NCBI GenBank assembly: GCA_002189035.1
Contig: NEEC01000002.1
Location: 1,798,001 to 1,862,000 of the forward strand
Direction: 5' to 3'
Origin: Utricularia gibba
Taxonomy: Eukaryota; Plantae; Magnoliophyta
Length of the DNA stretch: 64,000 nt
The notes under the pieces are model-generated. The model ran no database searches, was not told the DNA's origin, and worked only from the letters and a program-made list of their open reading frames with translations. Shown here piece after piece: positions 35,701 through 45,923 of this stretch; position 1 is the first letter of the stretch, and every line of letters starts with the position of its first letter. The translations under genes were made by a program, and so were the position numbers.

Positions 35701-37710
35701 GGTTGTAAGTGCATATAATACCTGCTCATAAGCAAATACAACACGTTTGTTTGCTGAGGCACTATCAATTCTCTGGGGTTGCTTCTGTGAAAACATCCGA
35801 ATACTTAAAATGACCAACAGCCCAATCTTGGATATTTAAAAAACACATATATTAATGAGAGACAATTTTCCGAAGAGTACCCACTTCTCAAAGGTCAGAA
35901 ATTTCTTCCATGTCATCCAATTGTTGTCCTCCTACGGCAATAATGACATCTTGTCATTAGATATACAAATGATCAAATCCTCATATCTAGGTATATCAGG
36001 AGCAACAAAAGTGCCACATCAGAAGCAAAATAATTCGTATTTCATGATGTAGAAACAACCCTTCAGAAAATTATTGAAAGAAATGAGAAAGAAAATAAAT
36101 TATCAAAACACCTTATAAGAACCAGATGACGGTACAGCGAGCATATTCCAATCAATTTCATCAGCAAACTTCTTACACTCCCTGTAAACAGCTCGCGCAC
36201 TATTGTACTTCGGTTGATATTCAGCCACCAAGGCTTTGGCCTGCAGATCCTCAAGCATTGTGAGAATAGAATGTAATAGAGAGTCTCTGGCACTTCTAAA
36301 GCATATCAGTCACAGTAACAACAAATATACCAATGCACGGCTGACTGAATTTTCAAAGTTCTCATAGTCTCTCCAGAGCTGTTCAACGTAGTGTGTGGGT
36401 ATGACAATAGCCCTCTGATACGTCCTGCGAATGGCACTCATCTTTTGTGACTCTTCTTGTGGTGTTTGGGCCTGTTGAAGTATAAAGAGTATATCAGAAA
36501 ATTTTAAAAAATAAAAATAACTTTGGGCAATGAAATTTCTAACCGGTAAGGATTTTAAATATGCAATGTACTCCATCCACACAGGACCAGATGTTATATC
36601 AGTTCCTGCAAAGAGTCACAGTTTAGAGTTTTTATAATTCACAACGGCAATATTTCTACGCTGCATTGTAGCTTTATCCCCATATACTAAACCTAGAGAG
36701 TGTATACGAGCCTAGCATCAATTAAATAAAATTGTGATAAGAGCCAACATCCAAGTTCTTCTTAGGTTTTCTGACAACCCATGTTCACTCTTTTGGATCA
36801 TAAAAGTTATGATGGGAAACAAAGAAACACAAGGAGAAATAGAAACATTTTTCAATTTACCAACATGGTTTAGCATGAACTCAAAAGCTTTCTTGGTCTC
36901 TTCTTGACCCTCCAATCCCTTTTTGGCATTTACTTTACGTATAAATTGGATATAGCAGCGCCTGCAGTTGAAATGATAAATGCAAAGAGGTATGTTGAAC
37001 AACCAAACATGACAGCGTGAAAAGTTAAGGAAAATAATCATCTTGTGGTTCAAAACACTATTTTGAGGGGAGAAAAGTACCAAAGCGGGACATGCAAACA
37101 AATTAAGAGACACCGGCTAAATATTAGCCTGGCTGCCTCATCATTGCCGACAGCCATATGAGCTTCAACGTACTGCTTCCAGTATTTCGACTTCAGAAAA
37201 GGAAACCGAAGCTATGTTTAGCACATAAAATATGTCATAGGCCTAAGTAGCTTACATGAAAAATAACGCCAATTGAATACAATTTAAAAGGCAAACAAAG
37301 CATTACAGATGTAGGAAATGTGGCCAGGAGTTTCTCATACAACGGCACCGCGTCAGATATTGGCAAGCGCTGAATGCAAAAAAATGCAATTTTGGAACGT
37401 CAAACAAGAAAAGAAGAGAAAGCGCAAAAAGAAAATTAAAGAAAGCACCGAAGCCAGCGGTAAAAGCATCAAACGTTGTTTACCAGGGCCTCGCGAGCGA
37501 GAGCCTCCGCAGCTTCAATATTGTACTTATCTGCAATCATACATTCGATGCATCAAATAACCACCCAGACATTATTCCGTAAAAAACCCAAGAAAATCAA
37601 CTCCAGAGGAACTCAACAAAAAAGAAAAAAAGGTTCGGTGTCGTTACTGAAGAACAATAAGAAGATTCACAAGTACCAGAAGACACGGTATTAGCCTGCG
37701 CAGTCTCCAT
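32741..37710 (-). CDS. CSTF77: Cleavage stimulation factor 77 kDa subunit (HAT repeats, many exons)
   Basis: DKYNIEAAEALA, YWKQYVEAHM, VEQLWRDYENFE, LYHYPEVWYEYA, FLRFLRRTEGAEAARKYFLDARK, SRYSYMDLLPC, QSQPLPKDAFKIRQ, end SGDLSGSSS*. Confidence 0.96.
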
Positions 37711-38328
37711 AGCCACAACTAAAAGCCCATCAACTAGAAATCCCAACACAACACACTGAACTCATGCTTCAATTCCTAGGGTGCCGAATGCCGATCCAGG
37801 AAAGAGCGTAGACGGTTTTCTCCAAAACAAACTTCGGACTAGGAGTACAATGAAATCAATTGAGTACTAATCTAGAAAGAATCAATCAACAGAGCGATAG
37901 ATAGCCCTCCAGGTTTCCGGTGGTGAGCGGGAATTAGAACAATGGCGGGGCGGCGGGAGCTGCCATCTACAGACCTCGTCTTCTACCCCTTAAAACCTTC
38001 AATTTTTAATTAGAAATTCACCAAATACCAAATGCCTGCACATGCGGTGGTTATCAAACTCAATAAAAAAAACTTTAAAAAATAGAAAAAAAAATTAAAA
38101 AAAACGTAATGCCAGGTGGCAGGTGCGTTGTGGTCGCCTTGTCGGAACGTCATCATTAATTATTTTAGAATAAAATAACGATAATCAGGAAATACAATTA
38201 ATTACAGAACAGAATTACAGATATTCTTTCCTTATACACTGTTTTAATGGTGAATCCCGGCGGTGATAATTAGGCTGCCGACAGCTCACGTCCGCCGCGG
38301 TTTTCCCGTAAAACCACCGGCGATCTCC

Positions 38329-39142
38329 ATGGGCTCTGAGCAAGGGTGAGCGCAGTATATCTACCATAAACGCGTTGCGATAAATTTCTCGCCATCTCAG
38401 GACTATGCATCGAGTTGTATTCTCCGCCTTTATTCTCTTTCTTCTTCTTCATGTACTCTCTAGCCTCGGGGAATCCGACCGTGTCACTTCAATCGACGTT
38501 AATCGAACAGAAATCCTTCTTGGGCACCCAGAAATTCCTCACCACTATCTCGACGTCAGGTAAAAAATTTAATCTTGATACGCTCTGTGAATTGCGTCCT
38601 CTCTATGCTTCTATATGATTTCGTTTTGGGGGATAGAACCGAGGAAGAATTCAAAGAGGGCCATCTGAAGAACGCCCAGAACATTCCTTACATGTTCAAT
38701 ACTCCACAAGGTATCCATATCATTCATCCCTAGATTGAAACTAGCTTCTGCTGTGGTTGTGGCGTTTATCAGAATCACCCGATTTCAGGCAGGGAGAAGA
38801 ATCCCAAGTTCGTGGATCAAGTCTCAGCGGTTTATGGGAAAGAAGATCATCTAGTTGTGGTAAATTCCCGCACCTAAAACCAGCAACTTCGATCACTTTT
38901 GGGAAGTTTTTGACAGGGGAATTTGCAGGGCTGCAGAAGTGGAGTAAGGTCTTTGTACGCTGCTGCTGATCTTGTTGAAGCGGTAAGGCTGCCTCTGAGA
39001 GTGATCATGGCATCTCATTTAGCAGTGGTGTTCATACATGTGTTGATTGCAGGGCTTCAGAAACGTGGTGAACATGGAAGGGGGGTACTTGGAGTGGATC
39101 AACAACGGGCTCCCTGTTGTGGAGGAAGCTGTGCTGAATTAG
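38329..39142 (+). CDS. STR18: Single-domain rhodanese/sulfurtransferase, STR16/18-like (alternative starts at 38329 and 38405)
   Basis: YLDVRTEEEFKEGH..NIPYMF, active-site loop GCRSGVRS, NMEGGYLEW..GLPV, all joined by GT-AG introns. Confidence 0.88.
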
Positions 39143-39380
39143 GGTTCTTAGTACAACAGTTTGTTTATTTCATGACTAAGAAATTTGTGATGAAGTTCAT
39201 GATGTGGAAGCTCTTAAGCATTCATCTAGTTAAAACTCTAAGTATTCATGTAAAACATAGTAATATTTTAAGATATGGTTGGTACTATAGTATAATTAAT
39301 AATGTATTTGAATTATTTATATTTTAAATAAATATTTATTATAATATTAAAATTGAAATTTATTTAATAATGTATTTTGA

Positions 39381-39402
39381 ATATATATATATATATATAT
39401 AT
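39381..39402. repeat. (AT)11 microsatellite
   Basis: Read directly from the sequence. Confidence 0.9.
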
Positions 39403-39907
39403 AAATAATATGTTTGATATATATTTACAACAAATACTTTATAAATTACAAAACCTAAAGAGAAGATAAGGTTTGAAAATTTCGAGTTTGGAATATTTTA
39501 TAGTAATTTTGTAAAACACTGTGTACTATTAAACTACTCTAACAAACATTCATTGTTGTCAATATACGGATGTTTAAATAATTAAATTAACCTAACAAAT
39601 ACTTCCTTAATTTATATAAATACAGTTACGCTCATTCCGTACACCAATTTTGATATTGTGTGGCATCATCTATCTGACTGGGCATGGGGTTTATGGTGTT
39701 CCTCAAAGCATCGGATCATTGAGAAAGCGTTCCCCACAGGCCAGAAAAGGGACGCGCTTTTAGGAGGGAGGAAGCATCGTCAGAAAGGAATATTTTATAA
39801 TATAAGGAAAAGGTCAGAAACAAGTAACGCATCCACCCATTTTGATGCAGTGAACTCACAGGTTTGTTGGTCTCCGTCTCCCCTGTTTCTGAGTTCAACC
39901 GCGCGAC

Positions 39908-41218
39908 ATGCCGCTTCTCCGCCGCTGTCTCCTCCTCTTCGCCCTCTTCTCGCTTGCCGTCGCAGAGATCCGCTTCTCCGAATTCCGATCTGACGGTCGC
40001 CCTATAATCCCCATCGATGAGTTCGGTTTCACTCCTCGGGGGCAATTGGAGCTCAACGTCACTCATCTTTCCCTATCCCCAACTCCTGACCCCCAGGCGC
40101 TGTCAAATGTAGGGTTTTTCCTCTGCACCCGGGATGCCTGGGTGCACGTGCTTCAGCAGATTGAGGATGGGGAGATCAATTGCGTTCTCAGATCGGAATC
40201 CGTGAAGAAAGTTTTCACCTTGGACCAGCTTCAACCCGCTGCCGCCTCCGAATTCAATCGCCTTTATGCGGAATCGAACTCCGATCAGTACACGCTTGTG
40301 TTCGCTAACTGCCTCCAGCAGCTCAAGGTCACCATGAAAGTGCGATCGGCGATGTATAATTTGGATGGTGGGAGGGCGAATCGTCGCGATTATCTTTCTG
40401 CGGGTAAAACCATTTTGCCTAGAGTTTATTTCTTGCTGTCTTTGGTTTATTTCGTGCTCGTTGGAATCTGGATTCATGTTCTGTACAAGAAGAGAGCCGC
40501 TGTTTTTCAGATTCATTTCTTCATGTTAGCTGTGGTGATTCTCAAAGCACTGAATCTATTATGCGAAGCTGAGGATAAGTTCTATATCAAACGCACTGGT
40601 TCAGCACATGGCTGGGATGTATTGTTCTATATTTTCAGCTTCTTGAAGGGGATAACTTTGTTCACCTTGCTTGTCCTCATCGGCACTGGCTGGTCCTTCT
40701 TGAAGCCATATTTGCAAGATAGAGAAAAAAGGGTGCTCATGATTGTGATCCCTCTGCAAGTAGTTGCAAACATTGCCCAAGTGGTGATCGACGAAACAGG
40801 GCCTTTAGCACAAGACTGGGTCACATGGAAGCAAGTCTTCTTGCTCGTGGACGTCATCTGCTGCTGCGCTGTGCTTTTCCCCATCGTTTGGTCAATCAAG
40901 AACTTGAGGGAAGCAGCAAGAAGCGATGGCAAAGCTGCCGTGAATCTGATGAAGTTGACTTTGTTCAGGCATTACTACATCGTGGTGATATGCTACATCT
41001 ACTTCACCAGAGTTGTGGTCTACGCCTTGGAGACCATCACTTCATACAGATATCTCTGGACCGGTGTGTTGGCCGGGGAAGTCGCGACGCTGGCGTTCTA
41101 TGTGTTTACAGGGTACAAGTTCAAGCCCGAGCCTCATAATCCTTACTTTGCGATTGATGATGAAGAGGAAGAAGCTGCTGCAGTGCAGTTGAAGCTTGAA
41201 GATGAGTTTGAGCTCTGA
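39908..41218 (+). CDS. CAND7: GPR107/108-like lung-7TM receptor family protein (CAND6/7-like), intronless
   Basis: Signal peptide, lumenal domain (EFGF..YTLVFANC), seven hydrophobic segments with LCEAEDKFYIKRTGSAHGWD, LIGTGWSFLKPYLQ and NPYF..DDEEEEAA. Confidence 0.92.
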   Translation: MPLLRRCLLLFALFSLAVAEIRFSEFRSDGRPIIPIDEFGFTPRGQLELNVTHLSLSPTPDPQALSNVGFFLCTRDAWVHVLQQIEDGEINCVLRSESVKKVFTLDQLQPAAASEFNRLYAESNSDQYTLVFANCLQQLKVTMKVRSAMYNLDGGRANRRDYLSAGKTILPRVYFLLSLVYFVLVGIWIHVLYKKRAAVFQIHFFMLAVVILKALNLLCEAEDKFYIKRTGSAHGWDVLFYIFSFLKGITLFTLLVLIGTGWSFLKPYLQDREKRVLMIVIPLQVVANIAQVVIDETGPLAQDWVTWKQVFLLVDVICCCAVLFPIVWSIKNLREAARSDGKAAVNLMKLTLFRHYYIVVICYIYFTRVVVYALETITSYRYLWTGVLAGEVATLAFYVFTGYKFKPEPHNPYFAIDDEEEEAAAVQLKLEDEFEL

Positions 41219-42273
41219 GATCAGCCTTTCTGTGAAATAAAAGAACCTCCATACCGAGAATGATTCATGACTGCAGCAATACTTTTTCAGTTTAGATCCA
41301 TCACCAGCAGCAAAAAAAAAACTCAATATCCCTTCATTGTCATTGTGCATCCTTGTTGCTTCAGGGTTTCAGTTTGGGCAATCCCTATTCAATATACCAG
41401 AACTAACGAAAGAAATAGGGTATCTGATTGATCACGTGTGGAAAAAGACTCATCCGTGTGACCATCACGTGGGCTTTACTACATACCATATGCGTTTACA
41501 AAATTAACCATTCACCGTTTTTATCTTATTTACAAATACGATTACTATTTTTATAGTACAATGAGGGTGGCTATTTTTATAATATATCGTATGCACTATA
41601 GTCATCTCTCCCCATCAATACAGCGCCGTTTTATTACTTTAATTTAAAAAAAAGTTTAAAAACAAATATATTGTATTCCCGTTGACATAATTGATTTGGG
41701 GATATTATTAATATTAATATGAATATTGTATTCCATTTATTTTAATAAACAAAAAGGCGTTTAATTTTGTAAAGAGTCTAGGAAGCGTTTTGATTCGGGT
41801 AGCTGGCAGCTGGCCGTAGTTGTCAGCTGCGCACTGGGGAGCTACCGGTAGCGTAGCTGCGCCTTTTTCCTCACGCTCTGTCTTCTGTCAACAAAATCCC
41901 GTTGACCCCATCCAAATAAATTAATAAATAAATATATTCACCACCACCGTCCAAATCTGCTGCACCGCCATCGAATCAATTGTCTTTTTATATTAAAAAA
42001 TTTAATAAAAATAATTGGATTTTTACTCCTCTAATGTGAGGATCAGAAATTTGAATACAAAAAAAAGATTAATTTTTTAATTTAATACTATATAATTTGT
42101 GAATAAATCAGGAAGAATATTATTAATGGATGTATGGAATGATTTGGGGAAGTATTTCTTTTCTTTACTCTCTTTCCGAGTTTCATACCCTTCCCTTACA
42201 GTGCGCAGTGCAGCTTCACTTTTGGCACCGTTCTTTTCGCGAGCTGCGTCCGTCCTGCAACTCTACAACGGCG

Positions 42274-43519
42274 ATGAGTGATGTCAATGGAGTCAACTCC
42301 CCGTCATTCACGCCTCCGGGATTCAGAATGTTGCAGTCTGATTTTTTTCACCGTAGGCGCCTCTCCCATTCCACGGCATTCTTTGTAGTCAGTCTCCGCA
42401 GTTTTGTGTTTCTTTAACGGCTTGTAATGTTGTTCAGGTGGAGGGAATGAGGGTCGTGTTATGTATGATTCCTCTGCTCAGCAGCATCAGCAGATGCCTC
42501 CTCGCTTTAACTGTCTATTCGACAGTAATGGGATTAGGGCTTCAGGTTTGCATTCCATGACCCTAATTTGAAACTTGGTTTTGTTTTTGTTGGATTTGGG
42601 AAAATGGGTGTGCGTTTTTTTGACTGTGTAGCGTTGCAGGAACTGCATACGGGAAAGCCTCCTTCACACCTTCGCAGTTGCAGGAGTTTGAGAGGCAGAG
42701 TGTTATACATAAGTACATGATGTCTTCAATGCCTGTTCCTCCTGAGCTTCTTCTTCATGCTCCCAGAATCCCACCTCAATCTAACAGTACCTATCGCTCT
42801 TTAGTTTTAAGTTCTTCACATTCAGAGTGTATGGTTTCGATTTACGAATGGGGTTTTGTTTTTGCAACAGGTGTTGATGTAGGGTTTTCGTCAGTTAGAT
42901 CAGATCCAGAGCCATGGAGATGCAAAAGAACTGATGGTAAAAAATGGAGGTGTTCTAGAGATGTTGCTCCCGATCAGAAATACTGCGAGCGTCATGCGCA
43001 TAAAAACAGACCCCGTTCAAGAAAGCATGTGGAAGTCACCCCCAAGACCAGGTGCATACAAGCAAGCTTGTGATTCATTCGCGGCTTCGCGAGTTCTTAG
43101 CTCCCTCTTTGCATTTGCAGCCATCAGGTTTCTGGGATTTCGCCATCAAGGTCACAGACGAAGGCAGAGCCCACAGATAAACAACGACCAACCCCAGAAG
43201 AATCATCATCAATGGGCCAAAAGGGTAGCAGCGAAAGAACAAAATCCAAATGTTTCTTCTCCTGGGCAACAGCAACAGAGACCCAAACGAGTAAATTTTT
43301 ACCCTGTTCTTCTCTGACACTCTCCACCCCGGAGAAAGCATATTCCACCGTGAAAACCCTTGCTACGTGCAAAATCAAGATCAAACTGCGGAGCTGGATT
43401 TCGAGAATTGGGTAAATCTGGCTCCTGGCGGACCCTTGGGCGAAGCATTAGGGCTCGTAAATGGGTTTCGCCATGGCTGGAGCAATAGTAACAGCAACAG
43501 CGCCGCAGTCAAGAGGTGA
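42274..43519 (+). CDS. GRF: Growth-regulating factor (QLQ + WRC), GRF7/8-like; 3' exon structure uncertain
   Basis: QLQ FTPSQLQEFERQSVIHKYMMSSMPVPPELL, WRC DPEPWRCKRTDGKKWRCSRDVAPDQKYCERH, C-terminal GGPLGEALGL motif. Confidence 0.88.
43013..43034 (+). promoter_or_regulatory. miR396 target site in the GRF WRC-coding region
   Basis: CCGTTCAAGAAAGCATGTGGAA is the complement of miR396 with the usual single bulged base (A here). Confidence 0.9.
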
Positions 43520-44281
43520 TGATGATGGGTCGGAGGAAAGTGTCAGCGGATTTACTTTTTCTGGTAGCGGGCGGGTCCGGCTCAACCGGAAGACGGACGA
43601 CCCGCGTTGCTTTTCCCTAAATTTCTTTCTTTTTCCCCCCTGTCTGACAGCTGTTTGTTTGGAAATTACTCTGCTGCCCCACGTCTGACGTAACTTCCTT
43701 GTGACCGTCACTTTTTTGGACAAACGGCTATTTTTTAAAATCCAACACCCCCAACGTTTTCTTTATTCACATTAAAAAATACAAAATTCTCCACATGTCC
43801 ATTTACGGGGGCAAAATTGAAAATAAAAATATTTGATAGCGTATTTAATAGCGTTTTTTAAAGTTCTATATAATATATTAGAAACTAAGATTTTTCAATT
43901 TGTTAAAAATAAAAAAAAAACGTTTTCAAATTTTAGTTTTTTTTTCAATTGAGGCGTATTTATTAGCTAGGTCCAAATGTGTGGTTACACGTGCAATAAT
44001 GTAGACCCCAATTCGGGTCCAAAGGTGCGAACTTGGCGTTATCATTACATACGAAGTCGGGTTTAGTGTCGAGTAGGTGAAAGAAAGTGAAAGTTTGACG
44101 GATAGTTTCCCCCCGTCGCTCTATCATTACATCTCACGTTCTTTAATGTGCCACTTCCTTCCCCTCTTGTCCCCCTCCACTTTTTCCATTTGTTTATTTC
44201 CAGTATGATTTGAGCGCCACGTGTACATGGGTGTGGTGTGCTACTCAAGCCATGTGCCCTATGCTTTTTCAAAACAAATGG

Positions 44282-44575
44282 TGTGTTGTACAATAGATTG
44301 TATAAAATGTGTAATGGGTTACAAATCGGATGAGGATAATCGGCTTCTGAAAAGTTGTCAAAATGTACTCTGACGGGGTAACGTAAGACAACAGACCGAT
44401 ATGTATCAAAAACATAGTTTAAAAAGCGATCGAATTACGACAGAGTACCCACCGATTTGCTGAAAATCCAGATAATAGTATAGGCATTGAAAGCAACTGG
44501 TAATCACATGAGTCAGTATTCGATAATATCGACCTCTTCTATGATGTGTTGTACAATAGATTGTATAAAATGTGT
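44282..44575. repeat. Perfect 31-bp direct repeat flanking a 232-bp unique segment
   Basis: tgtgttgtacaatagattgtataaaatgtgt at 44282-44312 and at 44545-44575. Confidence 0.92.
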
Positions 44576-44845
44576 TCTCATTTTTTAGTACGTATTTGGT
44601 GTATAATTATTCGTTTTTAATTTTGAAAATAGAGAAAGTATTATATTTTTTTTCTAGTTGGATATGGAAATGTGCTCTATGAACTATAGTTTTCATTATA
44701 ATACATGAATTATCATATAAAATTTGGCATCTAGCATGAGTAATAAGCCACGTGTGTTTTTGATACATGAAGATGCTGTCTTTAATACATTCTCTTTCAC
44801 CGGAAACCAGAGATGCTTATGGCTTATGGAATATACGGCCAATTT

Positions 44846-45923
44846 TCAGACAGATAAATGGAACAATGGATCTGAAGAAGACGATGCTTTGGTGAAGTCC
44901 CAGAGATCAGCATCGGTTTCAGGGACATCGGGCACTGTGATCATTTGGGGTTCATCTTCTGGATCATCAAATGAGTACGGAAAGTCGACGTCGATCGTGG
45001 AGAATGGTTTGCACTGCTGCCCGTTTAGCTGGGACGCCACAAGGCGGTCGAGTGTCGCCCAGTCGGTCGACGGCCGTGGAGCCTCCGAGGTGGGAAGCTG
45101 CGTAAATGGATTGGGAGTGAGGTCCTTTTCCGGCTTACAACAAGAAGATCGCTCCATGTACATGAGTAGCTGGTCGAGAACGCCGTCGTTTCGCGGCGAA
45201 ATCGATGTCGAGTGAGTGGAAGCCGAGGGGGATGGAAGTGTCATATGGTAGTTCTTCTTCTTGAAGACGCGGCAAACGACCCAGCCATCTTCGCCCCCGG
45301 AATCTCCAGAAACCTGATCGATCATAAAATGGGTGTTTATACAGAACAAAAGACCCAACCCTGAAACACGATTATATTCTATGGAGGAATGTTTTAGCAT
45401 TACGTTATTGCAGTCATGATCTTCGAGACGATACTCGTGCATGATCCAATCGGACTTTCGGCCATGAGGGGCTCTTCCTCCATAGAAAACAAGCGTCTTT
45501 CTCATCCCAATTCTCCTGAAATTGCTATGGATCACCTTGTCACGACCGGTGGCCTTCCAAAACCCGGCCGTGGTTGCCCGATTCGTCCGCGTTCCGGTGG
45601 GGTACTTCTTGTCCTTGTGACTGAAGAAATACCAATCGTTCTGAGGAGTAGACCCTATCTTACACTTATCTGCAGCAAACAGCTCCAACGTACTCAGAAA
45701 ACCCCCATGCAACAGCACCTAATACCAGAACTTATTTACCTTGAATGTCCCACGGCTCAAGCTTATTAAGATCCACTTCCCCAATGACGTTGAAGTCGAT
45801 TCTCTCATATGCCACCTTTTTCCGGAGGTAGTACTGGAGAAGCTCCTCCTCCGTCGGGTGGAAACGGAAGCCCGGCGGCACGTTGGAGTGACCATTTAAG
45901 GTCAAGCTCATGTCACCGGTCAT
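44846..45923 (-). CDS. NST1: NAC transcription factor, NST/SND secondary-wall type (3 exons)
   Basis: [78 protein letters not shown] at 45969-45963. Confidence 0.9.

Noticed and set aside
41868-41892. ctcacgctctgtcttctgtca resembling a miR156 star arm or target
   Set aside because: Only about 10 nt match contiguously, there is no complementary TGACAGAAG arm nearby, and it is not in an SPL gene.
43013-43034. C-to-A change in the miR396 site (RSRKHVE) as possible escape from miRNA control
   Set aside because: The changed base is the bulged, unpaired position, and this variant is common in GRF7/8-type genes.
45475-45490. NAC FYGGRAP instead of FYKGRAP
   Set aside because: This position varies widely among NAC proteins, so it is not evidence of lost function.
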